A stretch of DNA of 60,533 nt, filler included, from Asterionella formosa (taxonomy: Eukaryota), in the NCBI GenBank assembly GCA_002256025.1. It is 5 parts of 5 records of this genome, joined end to end, with 100 filler letters (N's around TTAATTAATTAA, not from the genome) between each part and the next. Parts side by side here need not be neighbours in the genome. Positions count along the whole stretch, not along the records: positions 1 to 12,055 come from NKIB01007914.1; 4 more parts are not named here. One strand, written 5' to 3'. Each line of letters opens with the position of its first letter. Positions within the stretch are counted from its first letter, which is position 1. Made by a program: the position numbers and the translations under genes. The notes beneath the pieces are model-generated. The model was not told where the DNA came from. It saw nothing but the letters and a program-made list of their open reading frames with translations, and made no database searches. Shown here one piece after another: positions 1-12,155 of this stretch.

Positions 1-1910
1 GGGCACATCGAATTTTTCGGGAATACAATTGCCGATTTTAGCATGACAACCAAAATAACGGTAATATGCATAGAGATGGTACAACAAGCGTAAAACACAC
101 GAGAATGATTGTAACATGCAACATCAACGAAAATTGAACATGATGTTTGGAGCAACCAAAGTATGAAATGCGATGTAATAAGTAGCATCAAATGAGAAGT
201 GTTGGGTTAGAAAAAAAAGAGTTCCAATGGAGACGTATGCATTGTGAATCATTGTAGTACTTACACAGCAGGCAACATTGACTTTCCATCACCACACAAT
301 CGAAGACCGAAAGAAGAAGAAAAAAAGCTGAACCCAATCTTGACCTACATCGTTATGTAGCGTCAATGGTCTGGTTTCTGCAACCATGCGCATCGCTGTA
401 GTAGCCTGACACCAGTAGCAGTATTTCCGCCTCAGTCATTCCTCTCCGCCGCCCACCAAACAAGCAACCCTGATCATTCCATTCTGAGCAAGCGTGATCG
501 CCACGCTGCTCCAGCACTATTGACCCTCTCTAGCTGAGTATTCATGTAGCTTCTGATACGAACTCGTAGTAGAAATGTAGCAAAGCGCGTTAGTACAAGA
601 AAAGCATTGCTTGGCGGCAATATTGACATAATTGTCAACGACTATACAAATCAACAAATACGATCAACAACGGCACAATACCACATCTTCAATGAGTAGT
701 CATTGATATATGCATTGGTTCTTATGTAGATAGATACAATCGAAACAAAACGACAGTGCGTAACGACAAACAACGATGGAAGCGATCAAAACAAACCACG
801 GAAGCAATCAAATCGGAAAGTCGGCCCAATAAATACGATCTACAATCCACATTCAGTATTTCCCTGTTGTACTCACCGATCCGCTTCAACTAGCATAACA
901 AGCAGTAGACGATGGGATCAAAGAAAGGCGAACGTTGCCTATTGCAAGCCCGAATAGAGTAAAGGCAGGCAAGATAGAGTGAGAACTATATTTGTTAGGA
1001 CGAAATCGGGCATACGGTACGTAAAATCAATGAATATGTGAACGATATAATTCAACATTTCAGGTCTCGTAAAAATAATAACGAGTCTACAGAGATAAAA
1101 TCATAACGTGTTCAAAGTAAGCGTTAAAGTATAGCTTAAACCATGCATGGTTGTTTTTAGTACCACGTATGTATGTAGACTAGATGACTGCCGGTACCGG
1201 TAATGAATATCCGTTAAGCATCATTACATACATGACCCGAGCAAAAACTTGCCACCAACATCAGATGTATCGATATCATCGTTCGTCCGACGAAATATGG
1301 ACGATGCGACTACATGATTACCTCGAGAAGACAAGCAATCCAACAATCAACCGCATCCGTTAGGCAAAGAATCGCTACTGGCGTCATTGCGGAACTGATT
1401 TCGCTTCAAACCGGTCATGATGGACGACGATTGGCATGGTGAAAGGTGAATTGCCGGAGTCCACTTTTCCGGAGACGAACAAAAACGAGGTGAATTCTAG
1501 ATATAAATTATTAGAATCTGTATAGTATATAAAATGGTTTCCTTAAGTAGACCCCTTGCCGATTTCGGCAATCCCAGGGCTGGAAAACCGAGGGGCAATT
1601 GGTGTCTGTTGTCTTGCCAAAATGCGAGCATATTATGAAATATACAACATATATTTTAATGATGGGCAATATTGGACCTTTGGCAATTTTCGAGGTGAAG
1701 ATGGGAAATATTCAAAATATATTTTATATGATGGGCAATAGTAGGCTAAAATTGACATTTATGCTAATTTGTGGGCAGTAGGTAAGCGAATGACGCGACG
1801 ATAGCTAGAGCGGGAATTGCCTCAACACCCTTCTCGGCGGCTACTTGCCTTCTCGTATACATGTGTACTCGCTGGCAAGAGACCACCTCGGGCGTGTATT
1901 GCCTTCAGCA
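1..1910 (-). mobile_element. Non-autonomous member of the tyrosine-recombinase (Crypton-like) family; far end runs off the contig
   Basis: Reverse complement starts TGCTGAAGGCAATACACGCCCGAGG at 1910, the same as 57387 and similar to 46266. About 1500-1910 aligns to 57387-57830, 910-1910 to 46266-47319, and 1-175 to 57065-57287. It interrupts the Copia RT frame at WFKKPRD(C). Confidence 0.8.
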
Positions 1911-4900
1911 GTCTCGGGGTTTCTTGAACCATTGCCGAGCAGCTTTTACCGTGCTGTACATTGCCTTATCCAGTCGGATAAAGTTGTCAGTCATAGTCGC
2001 TTCATTTTCGTAGTGGAAGTCAGCGATTCCATCTGGCAATTCTATGTAGATTTCTTCGTCGAGGTCGGCTTCAAGGAATGCCGCTTCGATGTCCACAATT
2101 TCACATACAAAATGATTGCAAACACAATACGTAGGCCAGTATCCGTAACAACAGGTGCGAATGAATCTGTGAAATCGACACCTGGTATCTGCACATAGCC
2201 TTTTACCACAATACGGCCCTTGTAGCGCGTAGTGTTGTCGTGCTCGTTCTTTTTTTAAATACCCATTTTGCTCCAAGTGGATTTCGTCCATTTAGGTTCT
2301 TCCGAGGATGTAGTTTTCACACTTTGCTGCACACTTTGCGGGAGAAGAAGTTTTCAATCTCAGCTTTGATTGCCTTGGTCCATTCGTCTTTTTTGTTGCT
2401 TGGTAGTGCCTGCTTGTAGCTCTTGGGTTCCATTCTTGGGTCAGAAGCTAGGCTCGTTGAGTGTGCTTCCTCACTATGTTGGTGCTCTTCGAGGTTTTTG
2501 TTGGTATCTTCATTGGTATCATCATCCAATATTAGCGTGCATGCTGCGGATGATTGCTGACATGTGCCTGCACGAGTAGGCGTAGGTGAGGTCACAAAGC
2601 CTGTAGACAGCCTAAGATATTCATTTCTTGTTCAAGCTTGGTAGATTTCGTAGCATTATTCGTATGAGGCTTGTTCGTATTCATAGCACCTGCAACGGAA
2701 TCTGCAAAGCTCACTCCCTTGGGAGTACTGGGATCGTCTTGTTTTGTTGGTCGTAGTGTAGTAGCCCCTTGCTCGTCAGGAGGTATTGCGTTGGTAGGTT
2801 TAGTAGGAGTGTCGAATTCCTCATTTATACCGGATCTGTCTGTGGTGAATTCGTCCATGTCCGCTGTGGGTTTGACATTTCCATGCCAGTCAGCCCATTT
2901 TAGGTCTCTTGTGTTGAAGACCCTTTTCGTTGCAATGTTGTACATGCGGTAGGTATCAACGGCGTGGTCATGGCTGTATCCAAGCATGACACATTTGACA
3001 CTTTTTGGGGTTAATTTCTGCCTTGGCATCCGAATCGTGGCCCACCCCACCCTGCCAAACTGAATCAGGTGAGGATCAATCTTAGGCTGAAAGCCGTAAA
3101 AAAGCCAATCGGGGCATTTTTCCGTATTCGAGTTAGCAACAGAGTTTGTTAGTTGCGTGTGCATGTGGACACTCTCGGCCCACAGTAGTTCCTGGTATTT
3201 GTCAAACAGTTTTGCGCTGAACATGGAGGCACATGCTTGGTCTCGTATTGTCACAAATTTTCGTTCCACGACTCCGTTTTTTTGAGGAGTATGGGGGGCA
3301 GTATACTCAATCTGAATACCCTGCATGGTGCAGACAATACTTAGACTGGTCATGTTTTCACCGGTGTTGTCGCAGCATAGTAGGAAGCGTACTACATAGC
3401 CCGCTGACTTGAGTGTAGTCAGTATGGCATCCGTGATGTTCACCAAAAGACTCTTCTTGTTAACAAAATAACTCCAAGCCTTACCTGTGTACTGATCCAC
3501 AAATAGAATCCAGTAGTTGCTTCCAATGAGAGATTTCTTGTAGGGACCTGAAATGTCCACGTAGCTAGTACAATCGTTCAGCTGGAGTAGTGGCCTTGAG
3601 GGTCATGACTTTAGGTACTGTAAAACCTGGTGTCTCGTATCCCCCCAGATACCTGTACCCTCCTTCGTACATCTGGCACAACACCCCCAAATATTTTATG
3701 TCTACAGAAAAAAGAACAGCATATTATTGTATTCTAGCTAGTTGTTAATGTATTTACTATTTAATTGTATTCTTACCGGTCACCATCATGAAACAACAAT
3801 TAACAACAACACGAGCAATGCCAATGACATTTGCGATGGCTATATCCTTGTCCTGAGATCTATTTCAAAAGTCGAAGCTGCAACTTGAATGCTTGTTGTG
3901 GAGCGATTATCAAGCTGAATGCTAAAGGCTCAGGCGGTTCTGGCCTTGATGTTGTCCGCTTACCGGAAGTGTTCACAGAATCATTTCGTCTGCTGCGTCA
4001 TGATGCAAAAATATTTCGTGCATGTCATGATTCTGGTCGAATAATCATAGAAGTGATGTGGTTGGCTTATATTAATTTCCATCACGATCCAAGTCGTGGA
4101 GTCTACACAAGTCAATACTGTTGTAGGATTACGTACAAATGTGTACACACTCTAGGAATTACTATTGATGCCATCACAAAACTCGAGGGCGCCGGTGCAA
4201 CAAAATAGAAATTCTATTGATCATAGAAACTGTTTGAACCTACAACAATAAATCTTTTAATGTTGCTATTCACGTTCTAGACCACGGCGAAAACGGTGGT
4301 TAAGTTGGTTTGCTCGAAGTGTTGGATTATCGAACAGGGTCCAATGTCTTGTACTCCCCTCTAAGTAAAACCAGTCGTGGCTGTGTACATTGAGGAGTAC
4401 GAGAGACCAGGTTTTACGGTACCGCTTTGGCCTTTGCCTTTGCTAGCGCGCAGCAAGCACAAGACTGAATCTTGCCCTTAGGTTCAATACCGAAGGACTT
4501 TAGCGTTGCGCGAAGGGATGCTTCGCTGATGTGGCTGTGGCCGTATTTGTCGTGGGCCTCGTCGATGTCAATCTGCGTTGGTTTCTTGGTAGTTTTTGCC
4601 GTAGGAAGATGCGTCACTGTCTTGGTACTCATTGGAGTAGGATCGGGTGTACGTCTTGTTGTTGAGTCGTGGATAGACAAGACCGTTTCGGATTGTTGGG
4701 TACGTTTTCCCTTGAAGTAGTAAAGGACGCCTTGATCCTCACAAGAAAAGGTAAGTTCGTTGTCGTACCCTTCCTTATGTAGACTCAACTCAGACCCCTT
4801 CATGCGTGCCTTGCACCCTCCGTTCTTAAGAAATTGCCCGATGCTGACGATATTCTTGTGGAAGTGTGGAGTGAAGAGTACCTTGCGTAGTAACATGGAG

Positions 4901-6138
4901 CACGTTTTGTTGGTAATCAGAATATCACCTTGTTTTCTGCATACCAGCTCTTTACAGTCACCAACAATGACCGAGACGTTGACATTTTCGACGTTTGTCA
5001 TGTATTCGTCAGTCATAGTGATGTGCGTGGTAGCCCCAGTGTCCGCGAGCCAGCGCTCCGTTCCATTGCTTGATGCGCAGTGTTGGTCTTCGTACCACTC
5101 GTCTTCCATTGTAGGGACGAAACACACGCGTAGGATTTCTTCAGGAGGAGTCTCGGTATTATTCTGCATCACGTCCATGGTACGTGGTACCTGGTACCAG
5201 GGATAGCGTCCGTCGCCTCCATACCGGTAATCTCCTCGCTCATTCCGACGTACATGCCGGTTTCTTTTTTCCTTCTTGCCGCGTAGTGCGCGTTTTGGTT
5301 CCGGGCAGTCTCTTGCAATATGCCCGACATATTTATTGCAATTATAGCACTTTATCTCATTTTTTTCGTTCGTACCGTTTGCATTCGTCCCGCTTGTGTT
5401 CGTTTTCGATCGGCAAACGTTGGCCTTGTGCCCTTGTTTGCCGCAGTTCTTGCAGATACCTTTGTATTTCTGCGTGAATAGGGCGATCTCCTTTGTGCTC
5501 TTCGTGCCCTTTAGCTTTCGTTTGTAGAATGATCGGATCTTGGCTTTCCATTCGTTGAGGCTTATTGTTGTCATGCCCTCGACGTCTGTAACAACTTTGC
5601 TGTACTCCACTGGAAGCTTGTCAATAACGTTCGCAATCACTTCCATTTCTTTCTTCTCAAATGACAGGTCGATTGCCATCATCTTGCTTTGTATTTGATC
5701 GAGCTCAATGAACCATTCGTCTGTATCAGAGGAGCTATCGTTCAGCTTGCAATTGTTGAAATCGCTTGCCAGCTGGATCAGGTTCGACACAGAATGGGGG
5801 GCATACCTCGCTTCGAGGTTCTTCCACGCCATGTATGCATCGCCATCAATCAGCGTTTTCGTTTTTGCTTGATTTACAAGTCCAAAGGCCATTCCGGTGC
5901 AGCTCATGATGAGCAACTGGTACGCCTTGTCATTGGCCTCGTAGATTGCCCTGACTCCTTTGTCTGTCTCAACTTCGTACTCTTTTTCAGAACACAGGTT
6001 GTGGTTCTTGGAGTACATCGTTCGGAATCCTCTTGCCTTCGCCAGAGCAAGCGTTTTAAGGCTCCAATGGTACCAGTTCGTTTCGTTGCCACCAAACTTG
6101 ATGAGCCTCATTCTTGCTTCAGACATTTCTGTAGACAT
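1911..6138 (-). pseudogene. Copia gag-pol, frameshifted and interrupted
   Basis: ORF fragments 4414-6147, 2592-3560, 2317-2595 and 1905-2291 are collinear. AKAVP and KVMTLKATTPAERLY rejoin when 3618-4419 plus one TA is removed. Confidence 0.9.
3618..4419. mobile_element. 802-bp MITE / non-autonomous Tc1-mariner (pogo-like) element
   Basis: Imperfect TIRs: CTGTAAAACCTGGTGTCTCGTA on the left and CCGTAAAACCTGGTCTCTCGTA as reverse complement on the right. TA on both sides (3616-17, 4420-21). Removal restores the Copia reading frame. Confidence 0.92.
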
Positions 6139-6405
6139 GTTAAACACTTCAGTTCGCTTTTTAACGTGTTCAAGTATTACTTTTTTGATAGATCTATATC
6201 GTTAGACAAAGAAGACTAAAGATAGAGATGTTTGTTTCTCTTTCCGTTTCTAGATTCTAATAGTGAGTTTACTAATCTAGTTTAGGTTGTTCTGTTTAAA
6301 CAAACAAACAAACAATTCTCCAAATGCTGTTTGCATTTCTAGAAACATAAAATCATAGATAGAACCTTGTCTATCTCACACTTACTGATCAGAGGTTTTT
6401 AACCA

Positions 6406-7280
6406 TGATGATTCATTTTCAAACTATCGGTCTTCCGAAATAGCTTATATCGTCTGGCTCATTATAGGCGGAGTAACAAGGTATAATGTGTAGTTGGTGA
6501 GAGCTTGGAGTTGGTAGATGCTATGTATCTTTGCTCTCATGCAGTAAAATTTGCTAGAATAATGTTTCTACACAAAATTTGTTTGTTTTACTTTGTTTGC
6601 TAATAATTGTTTTTATAAAAGAGTGAGCTTAATGTAAATGTAAATTTGAATTTATAATTTTCAAACTTCCAATCTCATGCATGTTTCAAAATAGAGGTGA
6701 TCTTCGGAGGCGAGGTTCATTTGAGTTCCCAACTTGAACTGAGAATAAACTACATCCTATCTCAACTTAGGCCAGATGCTGTTTGATTGAAGACTGCTTA
6801 CAAAATGATCCTGTTAATCATAACTAGATCATATCTAGTTTGCTTCTTTAATGTTCCTTGATGTTGCGGACATATCTGTAATTGTCTAGTCAATCATTTA
6901 TTGATTTGGCCTCTAGGTCTGATCGTCTTCGAGAGTCCAATTAATAGGTTAGAGAGAACTTCTCCTGAAAGTTCCTCTCTCAACTGTGGCATTTTACACG
7001 CGATATTCAACCATGTGTTCTTGAATCAATCATCAAGTGGATTGTGGTACATGTTCCTAATCAGGTCACAGGAGACGAAGTTATATTGACACTCTCAGAA
7101 CCTGATCATGAATCAGGAATCTCTATGTGTTTCACCTCTTGGTACATCAAAGTTGACTCTTTCGAATCGTTTGACTCGTCTGACTCCGAGTCCTAACTAC
7201 GTATAAGTGCCCTCTAAAAGTCTACACTTGCTGTAGAATGTCCGTACGTCAGTCCGTTATAGGCAGCTGTCGAGCCATCA
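6406..7280 (-). repeat. Probable 5' LTR of the Copia element
   Basis: Bounded by TGATG...CATCA (TG-CA with a 5-bp inverted repeat). On the minus strand it is followed directly by TGGTTAAAAACCTC at the PBS position. The partner LTR is not in the contig. Confidence 0.6.
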
Positions 7281-8173
7281 TATGTATTCATTTTATAATC
7301 TTAGTATCTACCGGGTAGTACGGTATGCTGGTGAGAATATTCCACTGGTGTGGTGCTATGGCAATATGCATCCTATGATACATAGCATCATATACACGCA
7401 CAGTTACGACTGTAGGATATGAGACGAAGCAACCAGTATTGTTTAGTCTCACAAATGTGTAGAAAAGTATGGGTATCCAGCCAGATATATAATACACACC
7501 TAACCCATCTGCACCTAGATAATCTAATATACATCCCAGCAATTGAAGAGAAGAAACTCACCATTGCATTGTTAAATTTGCTGACTGATGGTTTGCACAC
7601 TGCTGACCTCGAAAGCAAGCAGCTCAACTGGCTGAGGAGAGGCAACAGTGGTGTGTTTTGTAATCCATAAAAAGCCTTTAAAAAAACCCATCAGCCAGCC
7701 AGTAGTGCCTGCTGAAACTCTGCTGTACTTCTCACTTGCTTTTGACTAGAACATCGCTGGCTACACCTCTTGTGTACCAGTTACTTGCTTTGCATAGTAT
7801 ATACATAATATGATATATATTTATATAAATATTCACTAGTAATTTCAAGGAGAATTGTGTCTCTGACAAACTCTTCTTCTTTGATCAAGTACCTTAGGTG
7901 CAAGCTGGCGCCGCTGCTGCCGTTTATTGCTGTGGGGAGCATTGTGCCGATCTGGAGGTGGAAGATTGGCATGGTCATTATCATGCCCAAACTTCTCAAT
8001 GTTACTCTGCTGAACATGTTTAGACCATGAGCCAATAGTAAGAACTTCAGGTCTTGTTGAAAGCTCCCAAACATATCCAGCTCTTGCCTTGAGATAAAAG
8101 TTCCCTGCAGAAATGATTGCTCAACAAATTCTGGTGTAACATTGTGTGACCCTGTTGGAATCTCCATGTCTGG

Positions 8174-8805
8174 TTCAAACTATCGGTCTTCCGAAATAGC
8201 TTATATCGTCTGGCTCATTATAGGCGGAGTAACAAGGTATAATGTGTAGTTGGTGAGAGCTTGGAGTTGGTAGATGCTATGTATCGTTGCTCTCATGCAG
8301 TAAAATTTGCTAGAAAAATGTTTCTACACAAAATTTGTTTGTTTTACTTTGTTTGCTAATAATTGTTTTTATAAAAGAGTGAGCTTAATGTAAATGTAAA
8401 TTTGAATTTATAATTTTCAAACTTCCAATCTCATGCATGTTTCAAAATAGAGGTGATCTTCGGAGGCGAGGTTCATTTGAGTTCCCAACTTGAACTGAGA
8501 ATAAACTACATCCTATCTCAACTTAGGCCAGATGCTGTTTGATTGAAGACTGCTTACAAAATGATCCTGTTAATCATAACTAGATCATATCTAGTTTGCT
8601 TCTTTAATGTTCCTTGATGTTGCGGACATATCTGTAATTGTCTAGTCAATCATTTATTGATTTGGCCTCTAGGTCTGATCGTCTTCGAGAGTCCAATTAA
8701 TAGGTTAGAGAGAACTTCTCCTGAAAGTTCCTCTCTCAACTGTGGCATTTTACACGCGATATTCAACCATGTGTTCTTGAATCAATCATCAAGTGGATTG
8801 TGGTA
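8174..8805. repeat. 632-bp direct copy of 6418-7049 (internal part of the probable LTR)
   Basis: Same length; only two substitutions seen (tctttgc/tcgttgc, agaataa/agaaaaa). Confidence 0.95.
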
Positions 8806-9135
8806 TACGACGTTTGTCTGCGGTCTTTTGCGAACTTCGCGTTCTTTTGCATTCGTTTGGGAAAACGTGATGCGAGGTCGATTTTAGATAAACCACCGTT
8901 TTTGTACGTGACTTCTCGTACTTAAGAGTTTCCGTCAACTCCCCGTGTCATCGTGATGCATATCCATCCATTTAGTACATAGCAGGTAACAGTGCATATG
9001 TAGTGTAAAACAGTTGACATCTCCAATTCGAAGGAAAATCAAGAGATGTCCTGGTCATGTATTGTACATGGCTGGAGCAGCAGGCACGAGCGCATAAAAC
9101 GAAGAAAACTCCTGCAAGAAATCAGTGGTACTACG

Positions 9136-12055
9136 ATGAACGATATCCCTCCTTTAAGCAGTGCCGGAGCAGATGCTCCATGGCTCGACCACTGCCCTTG
9201 TCCCCACAACGAACAGCGATTTCTCGCGACTATTGCTCCAGCAAAGACCACAGGCGAACTTTGGGAAATTCTAGTTGTATCGATCACGTTGTTCTTTATG
9301 TTTGCTGTCCTTCTATCTGACAGAATTGGAGCTGATTGGGTCATGATCGCTGGATTGACCATCTTTATGGCTTGCCAGATAATTACCATATCCGAAGGAC
9401 TCTCTGGATTTTCCAACGAAGGGATCTTGACCGTGCTTGTTTTGTTTGTTGTTGCGGACGGCATTAGTAGGACAGGAGCTCTCGATTGGTACATGGGAAA
9501 AGTGCTTGGACACCCCAAGTCGATTGCTAGCGCTCAGATCCGACTCATGGTTCCTATCGCCACCTTGTCTGCCTTTTTGAACAACACACCCATCGTAGCT
9601 GTCATGATTCCAATTACCCTTCGTTGGGCAAGGAATATCGGCGTTCCTCGGCAGCAGTTGATGATTCCGCTCTCCTTTGCTACTATTTTGGGAGGGACTT
9701 GTACGTTGATTGGTACATCGACCAACCTTGTAGTTTCGGGTTTGTTACTCAAGTATTATCCAAAGGAACCAAAAATCGGCCTATTTGATTTGGGAGTTTA
9801 TGGTGTCCCTATTACGATTTTTGGTTTGTCGTACATTATGCTTGCTGCTCCATTCTCCCTGCCTGGGGGTCGGGCCTCCAAGAATCATGCATTGGATCCA
9901 CTCATGGACGCCGATGAGCTCTTGTTGGGAGCAAGGTTGACACCATGGTCACCTGCGGCAGGACGAACTGTCAAGCGCTCTGGCTTGAGAGACTCCGGTG
10001 GCATTTATCTCGTTAGTGTGCACCGTGCGTCGACAGGCAATGTCCATCATGCCGTTAGTCCAGATTTCGTCCTGTCTGTTGGAGACATCGTGTACTTCAC
10101 CGGGCTCATCGAAGAGTTTGGAGAATTCTGTGAGGAGCATGGTCTTGAAGTTGTGACGAATGAAGTGAAGGATACGCCTGAATTGAAGGACACTTCAATA
10201 TTACAACTTGCTGATGTTGCAGAAGTAGCCGATGTTGCTGACGATTTCCCTGTCGAAGTCGGTGTCACGAAAGAGTCAATGATTGAGTACGACGAATCAG
10301 AGCGTCTGAGAAGTATCAATAGGATGACCGACCAAATCAGGGAGCGCACTCCTTCTGCGGCCAGCGAGACAGGGACAAGTCCTCCAAAAATTGTTGTTGC
10401 GTCTGATAGTCATGATCGTTCAGTTGTGATTGGTGTTGATGCTCCAGATCGTCCAGGGTTACTTTTGGATATCTCGAAGGGCTTGCTTCGTCTCAACTTA
10501 CAGCTGCGACACACTGAGGCGAAAGTTTTGGGCGAACGATCACTCTCGATTTGGCGCTGCGAGTGCGTGGAGTCGGCGCTTCCTGATCTTGAAGAGGTTT
10601 GGTCTGTGCTGCATGCACTATTGGGGACCGCAAGTGGAGTCGCTGCTATCAAGAAGCGGGGTCTTCGAGTTATTCGAGCTGTCGTTACTTCGTCGTCGAG
10701 ACTCATTGGTATGACAGCTGCGAACATGAAGTTCCGGGAGACCTACAAGGCCGCCATAGTTGCAGTGCAGAAAGGTGGGAAGAATACATCCACTGATATC
10801 ACGTTCGAGGCTGGGGATGTTTTGATCCTCCAAGCTAGCGATGATTCACCTTTGCTGACAAGGCCACCTGATGACTTTTATACAAGAGTATTACCAAAAC
10901 GTGAAATCTCTTCTCGGCCTTCGCTGGCCAACTTGTTTTCAAGCACCAGAATCAGCAAAGAAGATTTGAAGGCAAGTACACCGCAGGTTCCTAGTGGGGA
11001 AGCATCGGATATTTCACACAATGATGCTGATTACGATGGTGAAGTCGGCAACACGACGACGGCCATGAACGAGGTGGTCTGGAAAGATTTGCAGGTTCTG
11101 TTCGAAGTGAAAAAAAATGCTACCGTTGAAAATGCTGCATTCCAGAAGGAATTCTTGACAGCCATGGAAATACCAGCACACTCTGCCTTCGAGAACAAGT
11201 CAGTTATTCAGGTAGGAATCTCTAAGCTTCCAGGAGTGTTCCTGGTTAGTATCGAGCGACCTTCTGCAGGATCAAACAACAGACAGGAAGGGCTTCCGCG
11301 CGCAAATCTAATGACGAGGCTTCGTGGTCTTGCTGCTGGTCCAGCTGGGAGTGTTGGAAGTGTGGACGAAGATTCAATTGTGAATGGTGGTGAACCGGTT
11401 CAATACACAGCCATTACCCCAGACGATGCGTTACAAGCTGGCGATGTACTTTGGTTTTCGGGATCTGCGTCGGCAATTGGCGATCTTCGAAAGATTCCTG
11501 GTCTACAATCTTACCAGAGCGATGAGGTTCGAAAGATGAATACCAATGTGCAGGAACGACGATTGGTGCAAGCAGTGGTTGCACGACGATCTCCCTTGGT
11601 TGGAAAGACGGTGAAAGAGGTTCGCTTCAGAACTCAGTATGGTGCTGCTGTGATTGCTGTCCATCGTGAAGGTAATCGTGTACACGACCATCCTGGTCAG
11701 GTCAAACTCCAGGCTGGTGATGTATTGCTTCTTGAGGCTAGTCCAACCTTCCTGTCCAAGAACGCGGACAATTATAGGACCTTCGCCTTGTTGGCTGTGG
11801 TTGAGGACTCTGCTCCGCCACGACTTGGTTTGTTCTTCTTGGCGGTGTTCCTTACGGTGGCAATGTTGGCTGTTTATACGGCTCAGGGCACGTCGTTGCT
11901 CATTACCGCCTTGGTTGCTGCCATTTTCATGGTGTCTTTTGGAGTCTTGTCTCAGCAAGAAGCTCGAGATGCAATCAAGTGGGACATCTTCGTCACGATT
12001 GGTGCTGCATTTGGAATCTCTGCAGCACTTACCAACTCCGGCGTAGCTGGAGGCT
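9136..12055 (+). CDS. SLC13-family / TrkA-C domain sodium-sulfate cotransporter (SLT/SAC1-like), 3' truncated by the gap
   Basis: Transmembrane N-terminus with GFSNEG, SAFLNNTPIV and LGGTCTLIGTSTNLVV; several TrkA-C (RCK_C) repeats (SPLVGKTVKEVRFRTQYGAAVIAVHR...LQAGDVLLL); C-terminal TM block begins before the gap. Start is 9136 or 9046. Confidence 0.9.
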
Positions 12056-12155
12056 NNNNNNNNNNNNNNNNNNNNNNNNNNNNNNNNNNNNNNNNNNNNT
12101 TAATTAATTAANNNNNNNNNNNNNNNNNNNNNNNNNNNNNNNNNNNNNNNNNNNN
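12056..12155. other. Artificial contig linker
   Basis: 100 bp of N with a central TTAATTAATTAA (stops in all six frames). Confidence 0.99.

Larger units (their letters stand above)
1911..7280 (-). mobile_element. Decayed Ty1/Copia (CoDi-like) LTR retrotransposon, 3' part cut off by the insertion at 1910
   Basis: Domain order gag, two CCHC knuckles (CKNCGKQGHKANVC, CYNCNKYVGHIARDC), protease (WLADTGAT), GAG-pre-integrase, integrase (DISGP...DN.GEN...NGVVER), RT (VDIEAAFL..DLDEEIYIELP). Integrase before RT is the Copia order. Confidence 0.93.

Noticed and set aside
1556..1781. Short ORFs recurring at 46476 and 57602
   Set aside because: Open frames fall on both strands and are not preserved among copies; they reflect the non-coding terminal repeat.
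7781..8167. 128-aa minus-strand ORF
   Set aside because: Looks like a frameshifted repeat-derived fragment; no motif I can assign reliably.
6418..8805. The 632-bp direct repeats as the LTR pair of a TRIM
   Set aside because: No TG/CA ends, TSD, PBS or PPT at these boundaries.
12100..12111. TTAATTAATTAA recurring every 12 kb
   Set aside because: Embedded in N runs; a synthetic six-frame stop linker.
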